Source of the DNA: Candidatus Eiseniibacteriota bacterium
GTDB lineage: Bacteria; Eisenbacteria; RBG-16-71-46
NCBI GenBank assembly: GCA_041483195.1
Contig: JBGPFC010000006.1
Span: 1-64,000, forward strand
Length of the DNA stretch: 64,000 nt
Direction: 5' to 3'
Shown in pieces: positions 27,668 to 37,858 of this stretch. Position 1 is the stretch's first letter. Each line of letters opens with the position of its first letter. The translations under genes and the position numbers were made by a program. The notes beneath the pieces were generated by a model. It ran no database searches and had not been told where the DNA came from. It saw only the letters and a list, made by a program, of their open reading frames with translations.

Positions 27668-28945
27668 ATGAGCGGCGTGGCGCTCCGCGCGCGCGGGCTC
27701 TCGAAGCGCTACCGCATCGGCGCGTCCCAGGCGCGTTACAAGACGTTTCGCGAGAGCCTGACCGAGGCAGTCACGGCGCCGGTGCAGCGCGCGGCGGCGG
27801 CGCTGGCGGGCGCGATGGGACGCGGGCCGCGCCGGGTCGCGGAGGACGAGGCGCACGTGTGGGCGCTCGCCGACGTTTCGTTCACGATCGCCGAGGGTGA
27901 GGTGGTCGGCATCGTCGGCCGCAACGGCGCGGGCAAGAGCACGCTGCTCAAGATCCTCTCGCGCATCACAGAGCCGACCGCCGGGGAGGCCGCGATCCTG
28001 GGGCGCGTGGGATCGTTGCTCGAGGTCGGCACCGGGTTCCACCCGGAGCTGACCGGGCGCGAGAACATCTTCCTCAACGGCGCGATCCTCGGCATGCGTC
28101 ATCGAGAGATCCGCCGCAAGTTCGACGAGATCGTGGCGTTCTCCGAGGTCGAGAAGTTCATCGACACGCCGATGAAGCACTACTCGACCGGCATGTACAT
28201 GCGGCTCGCGTTCTCGGTGGCGGCCCACCTCGAGCCCGACATCCTGCTGGTGGACGAGGTGCTGGCGGTGGGTGACGCGGCGTTTCAGAAGAAGTGCCTT
28301 GGCAAGATGGGCGACGTCGCGCGCGAGGGGCGCACGGTGCTGTTCGTGAGCCACCAGATGAACACCATCCGCAAGCTGTGCGGGCGCTGCCTGTGGCTCG
28401 ACGGCGGCAAGCTGCGCATGGACGGGCCGACGGTTCACGTGGTGAGCGGCTACGAGGCGGGGCTCGCCACGGTCGCGGCCGACGACGCGCGCCGCATCGA
28501 GGGCGGCAACCTGCCCGCCCAGTTCCTCGCGTGGGACATCGTGGAGCCGCGCGGCGACGCGCCCAACGTGGTCACGACCACCGGACCGCTCACGCTGCGC
28601 ACCACGCTCCGCGTCTCGCGTCCGATCCGCCGTGGGGTGCACGGGATCGCGCTCTACAACAGCGAGAATCAGCTCATGTGGGCGTGGGCGAAGTACGATC
28701 TCACGCTCGAGCCGGGGCGGCATGAACTACTCTACGCGCTGCCCGGGCTGCCGCTGCGGCCCGGCGTCTACTGGTGGCACGTGAGCCTCTCGGACGAGGG
28801 CACGATGCTCGATCTCTGGCACTGCGTGCCCGAGATGATCATCGCCACCGAGCCGCTCGGTCATCCGCGCGACGAGTGGACGGGCGTGCTCAACGTGGGC
28901 TGCACACTCGAGGTGCGCCGCGAGGCGCGGGAGGCGGGGCGATGA
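27668..28945 (+). CDS. wzt: polysaccharide ABC transporter ATPase with C-terminal extension (Wzt_C-like)
   Basis: GRNGAGKST, LLEVGTGFHPELTGREN, YSTGM..RLAF, DEVLAVGD..FQKKC; ~150-aa beta-rich C-terminal domain. Confidence 0.95.
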   Translation: MSGVALRARGLSKRYRIGASQARYKTFRESLTEAVTAPVQRAAAALAGAMGRGPRRVAEDEAHVWALADVSFTIAEGEVVGIVGRNGAGKSTLLKILSRITEPTAGEAAILGRVGSLLEVGTGFHPELTGRENIFLNGAILGMRHREIRRKFDEIVAFSEVEKFIDTPMKHYSTGMYMRLAFSVAAHLEPDILLVDEVLAVGDAAFQKKCLGKMGDVAREGRTVLFVSHQMNTIRKLCGRCLWLDGGKLRMDGPTVHVVSGYEAGLATVAADDARRIEGGNLPAQFLAWDIVEPRGDAPNVVTTTGPLTLRTTLRVSRPIRRGVHGIALYNSENQLMWAWAKYDLTLEPGRHELLYALPGLPLRPGVYWWHVSLSDEGTMLDLWHCVPEMIIATEPLGHPRDEWTGVLNVGCTLEVRREAREAGR

Positions 28946-30339
28946 GTCGCGAGTGGGTGTTCGACCAGCAGCACACGCGCGGGTTCACCGAGGCGCGCCT
29001 CGAGTTCCTGCGCGGGTTGCTGCCGGGTTGGATCGAGCGCTACGGCCTCCGCACCGCGGTGGACGTGGGCTGCGGGCTCGGCGACTTCTCCGGGTTCCTG
29101 AAGGACCTGGGACTCGAGGTCACGGCGCTGGATGGGCGCGAGGAAAACATCGCGGAGGCGCGCACCCGCCACGCCGGCGTGAACTTCCGCGTGATGGACG
29201 CAGAAGACCCCGCGATCGCGACGCTCGGCAAGTTCGACATCGTGCTGTGCCTCGGCCTGCTCTACCACCTCGAGAACCCGTTCCGCGCGATCCGCAACCT
29301 GCGCGCGCTGGCGGGCAGGCTGCTGCTGCTCGAGACCATCGTGGTGCCGGCGAGCGAATCCACCGCGGCGCTGGTGGACGAGTGCGATGGCGAGGACCAG
29401 GGCCTCCACAACATCGCGCTCATCGCCAGCGAGAGCGCGGTGGTGCGCATGCTCGGAGCTTCGGGGTTCGCGGCGGTGGGCCGCTTCAAGCAACTGCCCG
29501 ATCACGAGCAATTCCGCGGGACGTTCGCGCAGCCCGCGCGGCGGACGGTGCTCGCGGCCACCGACGGCGCGCTTCCGCCCGAGGTCGCGGCGCTCGAGGC
29601 GACGCCGCTCACCGAGGCGATGCTGCGGCGCGGGGGCTTGGGGGTGCGCGGCTTCGTGTCCGCGATGCTGCCCGCCGGCGCGAAGGACAGGCTGCGCGCT
29701 GCGAAGCGGCGCGTGGCGTCGGCCGGCACGGGCGGGCTCGACCTCGCCGGCGATCGCGACGTGGAGTGGTCGTGGGTCGCCGCGCACATGGGATCGGGCC
29801 CGGGCGCGGCGCTCGACTTCGGCAACGGCGGCAGCGCGCTGGGTTTCATCGCCGCCGAGCGCGGGTTCGACGTGACCGCCGTGGACCTCGAGGCGGTCAC
29901 GTGGCCGTACGCGCACGAGCGCCTGCGCTTCGTTCGCGGCGACCTGTTCGACCTGCCGCTGGCGAAGGCCGGCTTCGACCTGGTGCTCAACTGCTCGGCG
30001 ATCGAACACGTGGGACTGCCCGGGCGTTACGGCGTGAGCGAGGCGCGGCCCGACGGCGATCTCGACGCCATGGCGCGCATGCGCGATCTGATGAAGCCGG
30101 GCGCCGTCATGCTGCTCACCGTGCCGATCGGACGCGACGCCGTGTTCGCCCCGCTCCACCGCGTCTACGGCGCGGAGCGTCTGCCCAGGCTGCTGTCCGA
30201 ATTCACGGTCGCGTCGCGGGCGTTCTGGCTCAAGCGCGGCGAGAATCGCTGGATCGCGGCGCCCGAGGCGGACGCGCTCGCCTTCGAGCCACGCGAGCGC
30301 CTCTACGCGATCGGCTGCTTCGTGCTGCGCCGCCCCTGA
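28942..30339 (+). CDS. tandem double SAM-dependent methyltransferase (class I + DUF268-like)
   Basis: VDVGCGLG...FDIVLCLGLLYHLENP, then ALDFGNGG...CSAIEHVGLPGRYG...HRVYG; ATGA overlap with wzt. Confidence 0.8.
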   Translation: MSREWVFDQQHTRGFTEARLEFLRGLLPGWIERYGLRTAVDVGCGLGDFSGFLKDLGLEVTALDGREENIAEARTRHAGVNFRVMDAEDPAIATLGKFDIVLCLGLLYHLENPFRAIRNLRALAGRLLLLETIVVPASESTAALVDECDGEDQGLHNIALIASESAVVRMLGASGFAAVGRFKQLPDHEQFRGTFAQPARRTVLAATDGALPPEVAALEATPLTEAMLRRGGLGVRGFVSAMLPAGAKDRLRAAKRRVASAGTGGLDLAGDRDVEWSWVAAHMGSGPGAALDFGNGGSALGFIAAERGFDVTAVDLEAVTWPYAHERLRFVRGDLFDLPLAKAGFDLVLNCSAIEHVGLPGRYGVSEARPDGDLDAMARMRDLMKPGAVMLLTVPIGRDAVFAPLHRVYGAERLPRLLSEFTVASRAFWLKRGENRWIAAPEADALAFEPRERLYAIGCFVLRRP

Positions 30340-30349
30340 TCGCGCGCGC

Positions 30350-31234
30350 ATGCTGACGATCTTCACCGTCCCGAAACCGTTCACCGGGCACATCGGCGTC
30401 ATCCAGCGCAACGCGCTCGGCAGCTGGGCCCGCCTCGAGCCGCGCTGCCAGCTCATCGTGTGCGGCGCCGAAGACGGCGCGGGCGAGGCGGCGGCCGCGG
30501 CTGGCGCCGAGTTCGTGCCCGGGGTCGAGCGCAACGAATACGGCACGCCGCTCCTCTCCCACGTGTTCGCGCTCGCGGCGGAGCGCGCGAAGCACGCGCG
30601 GCTCTGCTACGTGAACGCCGACATCGTGCTGCTCCCCGACTTCGTCGCGGCCGCGCAGCGCGTCGCGAGCGGCCTCACGCGTTTCCTCATGGTGGGTCAG
30701 CGCTGGGATCTCGACGTGCGCGAGCCGCTGCCGTTCGCCTCGCCGGACTGGGCGGAGACGACGCGGCGGCGCGCGCGGGAGACCGGCGCGCTGCATGCGC
30801 CAGCGGGGAGCGACTATTTCGTCTACCCGCGGGGCGCGATGGGTACGCTGCCCGAGTTCGCGGTGGGCCGCCCGGGCTGGGACAACTGGTTCATCTACCG
30901 GGCGCGCGCGCTCGGGCTGAAGGTGGTGGACGCGACGCGGGCCACCACCGTGATCCACCAGAACCACGACTTCGCGCACGTCGCGCGCGCGACCGGCACC
31001 GCGTGGGAGGGCCCCGAGGCCGATCGCAACCTCGCGCTGATGGGCGGGAGCGATCACGTGTTCACGCTGCTCGACGCGACCCATGTGCTCACCGAGCGCG
31101 GCCTCGCGCGCGCGATGAGTGGCGCGCACCTGCGGAGGAGGCTCGCGGCGCTCGGGGCGTTGCATCCGGCGCTGCGGCCTGTGTTCGATGCGGTGCGCGC
31201 GGTGCGGGGGACGGCGCGCAAGGGTGGCGCGTAG
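30350..31234 (+). CDS. putative GT-A fold glycosyltransferase-like protein
   Basis: TIF..PKPF.GHI..IQRNA..SW, NEYGTPLL, YVNADI (xAD), GRPGWDNW, IHQNHD. Confidence 0.7.
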   Translation: MLTIFTVPKPFTGHIGVIQRNALGSWARLEPRCQLIVCGAEDGAGEAAAAAGAEFVPGVERNEYGTPLLSHVFALAAERAKHARLCYVNADIVLLPDFVAAAQRVASGLTRFLMVGQRWDLDVREPLPFASPDWAETTRRRARETGALHAPAGSDYFVYPRGAMGTLPEFAVGRPGWDNWFIYRARALGLKVVDATRATTVIHQNHDFAHVARATGTAWEGPEADRNLALMGGSDHVFTLLDATHVLTERGLARAMSGAHLRRRLAALGALHPALRPVFDAVRAVRGTARKGGA

Positions 31235-31378
31235 CGGCCGCCCGCGCGCGGCGAGGATTGGAGACCATTGCCGGGGCGGCGTGAGGGCGAGTACGCTTGT
31301 GCTCGCGCATGGCGCCATCAGCCCCTGCTCGGACGAACTGCAGGGGTTGAGCCCCCCAACCCGCGAGGTCACCGCATC

Positions 31379-32212
31379 ATGCGTCCACGTCTCGTCACGG
31401 CCATCCTGCTCTGGGCCACGCTCGGGTCTCCTCGAGTGGCATCGGCCCTCGACTTCGTTCACTGGACCTCGGCCGACCTGACCTCGAACGTCGCGATCGG
31501 GACGATCGGCTCGATGGGCGTCCGCATGGAGGGCGGTGATATCAATTTTCTCGAGACGGACGTCTGCACATCGTTCAGCCTTCCGGTCTTCACGCCCCCG
31601 ATCCCGACCACCGACTGCCTGCAATTCGTCGGTAACGCGTCGGGCTACAATTACACGGTGACCTTCGATTCGGCGGTCCTCGATCCCGTCATCCACCTGC
31701 GATCGCTCGCCTCGACCTGCAGGTTTCCGGGCAAGTCTATCAGCCGAATCAGCGGCGATCCGGGGTTCGTCGTCGCCGGCGACTCGGTATCGGGATTTCT
31801 CGTCGACGATCCCTCGGGTTACGACGAGAACGGCACGATCCGTCTCGACGGCGTGCAGAGGTCGTTCACTTTCACCGCGCGGTTTCAGGGCGTGGATGGA
31901 ATCTACATCCAGATCGGTCTGCCGACCGTGGTGGGCGTGCCCGCCGGGGGTGAGAACGTCTCCTTCGCCGTGAGCCCGGATCCGACCCGTGGCGCGCTCG
32001 ACATCGCGGTGCCCGCTGCGGCCGAGCCCTGGCGGATCGGCGTGTTCGATCTCGGCGGGAGGCGGATCTGGAGCGGCAACGCAATGCCCGGGACACGAGC
32101 GCGGTGGGAAGGAACCAACGTCGCGGGCCGTCAGGCGTCGCCGGGGATCTATCTGGTCAGGATCGAATCGGGCCAGACGGTGTTCCTCCGGCGAGTGGTC
32201 AGGCTCAACTAG
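31379..32212 (+). CDS. secreted protein with C-terminal FlgD-Ig-like/T9SS-CTD-like domain
   Basis: Signal peptide ending ASA; tail VSPDP.RG...I.VFDLGGRRI...WEG....GR..SPGIYLVRI...RVVRLN. Confidence 0.75.
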   Translation: MRPRLVTAILLWATLGSPRVASALDFVHWTSADLTSNVAIGTIGSMGVRMEGGDINFLETDVCTSFSLPVFTPPIPTTDCLQFVGNASGYNYTVTFDSAVLDPVIHLRSLASTCRFPGKSISRISGDPGFVVAGDSVSGFLVDDPSGYDENGTIRLDGVQRSFTFTARFQGVDGIYIQIGLPTVVGVPAGGENVSFAVSPDPTRGALDIAVPAAAEPWRIGVFDLGGRRIWSGNAMPGTRARWEGTNVAGRQASPGIYLVRIESGQTVFLRRVVRLN

Positions 32213-32238
32213 CGAGCGGTCCTGCGAGTCCGCCCGGC

Positions 32239-33263
<1,025 letters not shown>

Positions 33264-33304
33264 GCGGCGCCCCGCGGCATGCGCCGCGCGGCCGCGAAAT
33301 CGTG

Positions 33305-34276
33305 ATGAGTGGCGCGCCCCTCTTCTCCGTCATCATCCCGTCGGCCGGCACAGAAGCCGGCGTCGTGCGGTTGCTCGACGCGCTCGCGCGCCAGACGCTT
33401 CCGCGCGGGCGCTTCGAGATCGTGCTCGCGCGCGACGGCGGGTCCATGTCTCCGGAGCTCAACGCCCGCCTCGATGCGCTCGGGGCGCGCCTCGCGCCGC
33501 ACGACCGGCGGAGCGGACCCGGCGCGGCGCGCAATCGAGCCGCCGCGCTCGCGCGGGGCGACGTGCTCGCGCTCACCGAGGACGACTGCGAGCCGGCACC
33601 CGACTGGCTGGCCCGCGCCGCGGCGCGCTTCGATGCCGATCCCGCGCTCGCCGTGCTGGTCGGCCGCACGGTGAAGCCCGGCGGGCGGCCGGTGCACGGG
33701 CAGGACGGCGGCGAGCCGCTCTACCTGCCCACCAACCTCTTCGTGCGCCGCGAGCTGTTCGCGCGCACCGGCGGCTACTGCGAGGCGTTCTTCGAGCCGC
33801 GCGGCAACGTGTACTTTCGCGAGGATTCCGACTTCGGCTTCGCGCTCGAGGAGGCCGGCGCCCGCATCGCGCGCGAGGACGGCGCGGTGGTGACGCATCC
33901 CGAGGAGCACGCGGGGGCGCTGGGCCCGCTGCGCTGGGCGCGGCGTCACATGATGGATCCGCTGCTCGCGCGCCGGCACCCGCGGCGGTTCACCGAGCGC
34001 ATCGAGGTGCACAGCATCGGGCCGTTTCGGATTCGGCGGCCGGTGGTGCGCGCGTGCTTCGCGTGCGTGATCGCGCTGGTGCTCGCGGCCGCTGCGCTGG
34101 CCGCGGGCGCGCCGCGCGCAGCAGCCGCTGCGGGCGCGGTCGCGGGCGTGGCGCTGCTGCCGGTGTGGGCGAAGTGGCGCTTCGCGCCGTGGCGATTGCC
34201 GGTGGTGGTGCTGGTGCCGTTCGCGCTGGTGGGCGCCTACGTGGGCGGATGGTTCCGCGCGCGGCGCATCGGCTGA
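33305..34276 (+). CDS. glycosyltransferase family 2 with C-terminal TM segments
   Basis: FSVIIP, GPGAARNRAA..ARGDVLALTEDDC, FREDSDFG. Confidence 0.85.
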   Translation: MSGAPLFSVIIPSAGTEAGVVRLLDALARQTLPRGRFEIVLARDGGSMSPELNARLDALGARLAPHDRRSGPGAARNRAAALARGDVLALTEDDCEPAPDWLARAAARFDADPALAVLVGRTVKPGGRPVHGQDGGEPLYLPTNLFVRRELFARTGGYCEAFFEPRGNVYFREDSDFGFALEEAGARIAREDGAVVTHPEEHAGALGPLRWARRHMMDPLLARRHPRRFTERIEVHSIGPFRIRRPVVRACFACVIALVLAAAALAAGAPRAAAAAGAVAGVALLPVWAKWRFAPWRLPVVVLVPFALVGAYVGGWFRARRIG

Positions 34277-34319
34277 GTTCGCCGGCGCGCCGGGCCCGGT
34301 ACGCCGCGTCTCCGCGCGC

Positions 34320-35540
34320 TCAGCGCGCCGCCAGCATCCCCCGCGCCCGCAGCTCCGAAGCGATCCGCTCCGCGATCATCCGGCACATGCGCCCCGAGTA
34401 GTGCACCCGGTCCACGTAGCAGGTCCCGGTGTCGCGCTCTGCGATCCCCGCGCACCACACGAAGTCGCGATCCGTCTGCACCGCGCCGCTCGCGCGCGCC
34501 GAGTCGAACCACGCGTAGCCCGCGCCCGAGAGCGCGTGCTGGGCGAAACCCTCGCCCGCGAACGCGTGACGGCGGAGGTCGCACGCGTAGGTCGGCACCG
34601 GCTGCCAGACGAACAGCGTCCGCACGCCGTACGCCGACGCCGCCGCTCGGATCAGCTTCTGGTTCGCGAGGTAACGCGCCACGGCGGCGGCGATGGTGTC
34701 GCGCGCGGCGCTCGCCTCGTTCGCCGAACTCCCGGCGCTCCCTGGCGCGAGGCTCCGCCGCGGAGGCGGCGCGGCGGCCGGCGCCCGGTTCCCGGCGAGC
34801 GCGCGCGCCAGGCGCGCCATCGGCGTGCGCCGCAACAGCGCCAACACCAGAGCCCCGCTCCGCACCTTCTCGCGCGGCGGGTCGAGCGCCGCGCGGAAGG
34901 CGTCGGTCATCTCGGGATCGCGCCCCGCGTAGTAGAAATCGTTCAGCCCGTCGATGAAGATCGCGACGTCCGGCACCTGGCCGGCGATCAGCAGCTGCTC
35001 GAACAGCAGGCGCTCCTGCGTCGAAAAATAGTACGCGCGGCCGAAGTTGTAGACGCTCGCCTCGCGGGCCGCCCCGCCCGCGCCGCGCAGCGCCTCCTGC
35101 AGGAACGCCGGGACGGTCTGATCGTCGGCGACGCCGTAGCCGAACGTCGTCGAGCCCCCGAACACGAACACGCTGAAGCGGTCGTGCCGAATCGGCCACG
35201 GGCCCTGACCCGGCACCGCGCGGAAGCCCGCGTCGCTCACGTTCACGAAGCGCCCGCGGTAGGCGCCCTCGCGGAACATGGTCCACGGCTCGAACGCGAG
35301 CTTCCGATTCCAGATCTCGGCGAGCATGGAATCGCGCGCCGCCTGGGTCATCCCGGGGTAGGCACGATCGAGCGCAGCGCTCGAGTAACGGAGCGCTCCC
35401 GCCTTCGGCCGGTGGAAGCTGTCCGCGATGCCGAACACGGCCGCGATCAGCAGGTTGATCACGATCAGCGCGACCAGCGTGTTGAGCAGCTGCAGCGCCA
35501 CCACGGTGTAGAGCGCGGGGCGTCTCGGGGCCGGCTCCAT
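34320..35540 (-). CDS. SGNH/GDSL hydrolase family membrane-anchored protein
   Basis: FGGSTTFG (block I), FIDGLND (block III), DRVH (block V); N-terminal TM. Confidence 0.85.
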   Translation of the reverse strand: MEPAPRRPALYTVVALQLLNTLVALIVINLLIAAVFGIADSFHRPKAGALRYSSAALDRAYPGMTQAARDSMLAEIWNRKLAFEPWTMFREGAYRGRFVNVSDAGFRAVPGQGPWPIRHDRFSVFVFGGSTTFGYGVADDQTVPAFLQEALRGAGGAAREASVYNFGRAYYFSTQERLLFEQLLIAGQVPDVAIFIDGLNDFYYAGRDPEMTDAFRAALDPPREKVRSGALVLALLRRTPMARLARALAGNRAPAAAPPPRRSLAPGSAGSSANEASAARDTIAAAVARYLANQKLIRAAASAYGVRTLFVWQPVPTYACDLRRHAFAGEGFAQHALSGAGYAWFDSARASGAVQTDRDFVWCAGIAERDTGTCYVDRVHYSGRMCRMIAERIASELRARGMLAAR

Positions 35541-35548
35541 GTCGCCGC

Positions 35549-36949
35549 TCAGTGCGCGCTCGCGTCGCGCCACACGCGCAGAAGCGTGAGCAAGATGATT
35601 CGCACGTCGAATGCGAGCGACCAGTTGCGGATGTAGTAGAGGTCGTACTCGATGCGCTGGTCGAGCGGCGTGTCGCCGCGCAGGCCGTTCACCTGCGCCC
35701 AGCCCGTGATCCCGGACTTCACGTGGTGGCGCAGCATGTAGCGCGGAATCGAGGCGCGAAACTGCTCGACGAACATCGGCCGCTCGGGGCGCGGTCCCAC
35801 CAGGCTCATCTGCCCGAGGAGCACGTTCCAGAGCTGCGGCAGTTCATCCAGCGAAAGCCGGCGCAGGATCGCGCCGCCGCGCGTACGGCGCGGGTCGCCG
35901 GGCCGAGACCAGCCGGGCGTTCCTTCCGCCTCGGCGTCCGGCTGCATGGTGCGGAACTTGAGCATGCGGAATTTGCTCCCGTTCAGCCCCACGCGCTCCT
36001 GCTCGTAGAAGATGGGTCCCTTCGAGTCGAGCCGCACCCAGATCGCGATCGCGAGCATCACCGGCGAGAGCAGCACCAGCCCCACCGCGGACAGCGCGAG
36101 GTCGAACGCGCGCTTGAGCACGGCGTTCCACCCCAGCCCCGGAGACTCGGTGACGAGCACCACCGGCATGCCGTCGAAGTCCTCGACGCTGGCGTTGAGC
36201 GTGAACGCGCGCGCGAGATCGGGTACCAGCCGCACCGCCGCCGTGGAGTCCGCGAGCTGCCGCAGCGCCTCTTCCTCGGCCTCGAACTCCGGGCGGGCCA
36301 GCGCGAGGTAGACGATCTCGGCGCCGTAGCGCTCGACCAGCGTCTTCAGCTCGCGCACCGTGCCCAGCACACCGAAGCCGTCGATGGTGCGGCCGAGATC
36401 CGCGGCGCTCGCCGCCACCAGGCCGTGCACCTCGAATCCGAAATCGCGATGCGCCGCGATCTTGCGCAGCAGCGCCGCGGCGTGCTCGCCGGTTCCCACC
36501 ACCAGCACGTGCCGCAGATTCCGCCCGTGGCGGCGCAGCTCGCGCAACGCGACCCGAATCGCGATGCGCGTCGCGCACAGGCCCGCCCACGCGATGCCCG
36601 CGAACAGCAGCAGCGCGGAGCGCGCCAGCTCCCCGCGCGTGAAGAACGAGGCGAGCGCGACCACCGCAGTGATGGTGGCCACCCCCTGCGTCATCGCGAA
36701 GAATTCGCGGCCGGGGCGCGAGGTGCGCGCCGAGCGGTAGAGCCCGAAGGTACGCAGGATCAGCAGCGCGATCGGCGTGAGCACCGCGCCGAACCACAGG
36801 TAGAGCGTGAAGGGCGGCACGCCGAGCGGCGCCGGCCACTCGAGCAGGTGGAAGCGCAGCTCGTAGCTCGCCATCCACGACGCGAAGATCAGGGCGCCGT
36901 CGAAGAAGAAGACGCCGGTCGCGAGCAGCTGGCGCTGGCGGGCGAGCAT
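35549..36949 (-). CDS. wcaJ: undecaprenyl-phosphate glucose phosphotransferase (WcaJ-like priming GT)
   Basis: KRAFDL, FYEQERVG.NG..F.MLKFRTM, LDELPQLWNVL.G.MSLVGPRPE, K.GITGWAQVNGLRG, YDLYYIRNWS. Confidence 0.93.
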   Translation of the reverse strand: MLARQRQLLATGVFFFDGALIFASWMASYELRFHLLEWPAPLGVPPFTLYLWFGAVLTPIALLILRTFGLYRSARTSRPGREFFAMTQGVATITAVVALASFFTRGELARSALLLFAGIAWAGLCATRIAIRVALRELRRHGRNLRHVLVVGTGEHAAALLRKIAAHRDFGFEVHGLVAASAADLGRTIDGFGVLGTVRELKTLVERYGAEIVYLALARPEFEAEEEALRQLADSTAAVRLVPDLARAFTLNASVEDFDGMPVVLVTESPGLGWNAVLKRAFDLALSAVGLVLLSPVMLAIAIWVRLDSKGPIFYEQERVGLNGSKFRMLKFRTMQPDAEAEGTPGWSRPGDPRRTRGGAILRRLSLDELPQLWNVLLGQMSLVGPRPERPMFVEQFRASIPRYMLRHHVKSGITGWAQVNGLRGDTPLDQRIEYDLYYIRNWSLAFDVRIILLTLLRVWRDASAH

Positions 36950-36958
36950 CAGCGCGTG

Positions 36959-37153
36959 CTACCGCTCCTCGGGCCGGTGTGCCGGGGCGACTTTGCGCGC
37001 CGCCGCGATGTGCAGCACGACCCGGTGTGCGCTCTCCAGCCATTCGAGCTTTTCCGGTAGCGGGAGTCTGGCGAGGCGGGATCGCTGGGCGTGCGCGTGG
37101 CCCTCCCATCCTGATTCCCACCCGTGTTCCGCATCCGGACGACCGTCGGTCAT
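36959..37153 (-). CDS. small hypothetical protein coupled to nucleotidyltransferase
   Basis: 64 aa, GWEGH...Q..RLARLPLPEKLEWLE helix; ATGA overlap with NTase stop. Confidence 0.65.
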   Translation of the reverse strand: MTDGRPDAEHGWESGWEGHAHAQRSRLARLPLPEKLEWLESAHRVVLHIAAARKVAPAHRPEER

Positions 37154-37662
37154 GACTCGGCTCCTGGCGGTCTCGGCAGCGCCGCGAGCCGTTCGATGTC
37201 CTCTCGGTCCTGAGGCCTGCCTGCCTTGCCCTTCATGGCGATCAAGTCCGTCAGGCCCACGAAAGTGGCGACGAGACCCGGCGCCACCTCGAGTTTCTTC
37301 GCCCCATCGAATGCGCGATCGAATTCAATGACGGCTTCGAGAAAGAGATCCACTTCGGTGGCGGGGTGGTCGCCACTGAAGACTGAGAACACGGTGAGCC
37401 CCTTTTCGCGGGCCCATCTCTCGCGCGTGGCCCCGTTGGCATACTCGGCGAACTCGACAGGCGCCCGCGGACGGTAGCCCAATCCCGAAAGCGCGGCGAT
37501 CGCCCGCCTCAGGTTGGCCTCTTTCATGTCCAGCACCAGATCGATGTCAGCCGTGAACCGCACGTAGCCGTGCGCGACGACCGCGAGTCCGCCGGCGATG
37601 AGGTAGCGAACGCCCGCATCGTTCAGAGCCCTAACGATGGCCTCCACGCTTCTACGTTCCAC
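37150..37662 (-). CDS. DNA-polymerase-beta-fold nucleotidyltransferase (AbiEii/DUF6036-like)
   Basis: YLIAGGLAVVAHGYVRFTADID (GG...DxD), VDLF, DLIAMK..AGRPQDREDI; start GTG 37662 (alternative ATG 37710). Confidence 0.82.
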   Translation of the reverse strand: MERRSVEAIVRALNDAGVRYLIAGGLAVVAHGYVRFTADIDLVLDMKEANLRRAIAALSGLGYRPRAPVEFAEYANGATRERWAREKGLTVFSVFSGDHPATEVDLFLEAVIEFDRAFDGAKKLEVAPGLVATFVGLTDLIAMKGKAGRPQDREDIERLAALPRPPGAES

Positions 37663-37734
37663 CTGGCGTGCTCCCTCGGGGCCCGACAACTGATCTCGGC
37701 GACTCCTCATGGCTTGTGTGCGTATCCGCAGGAG

Positions 37735-37800
37735 AGTATCGCCTCCCACCGCCCGGGCTCAAGGGGTACGCCAATTCGGTGGTGCCTCAGGTTCCTGAGG
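37735..37800 (-). promoter_or_regulatory. putative promoter and upstream palindrome for the NTase pair
   Basis: TTGAGC-N16-GATACT (37762-37735); CCTCAGG-TT-CCTGAGG palindrome at 37785-37800. Confidence 0.4.
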
Positions 37801-37858
37801 ATGGGCGCGCCGCGGGGAGGCGCGGAAAATCGCGGCGAGGCGGGGCGGGCGTCCGCGG

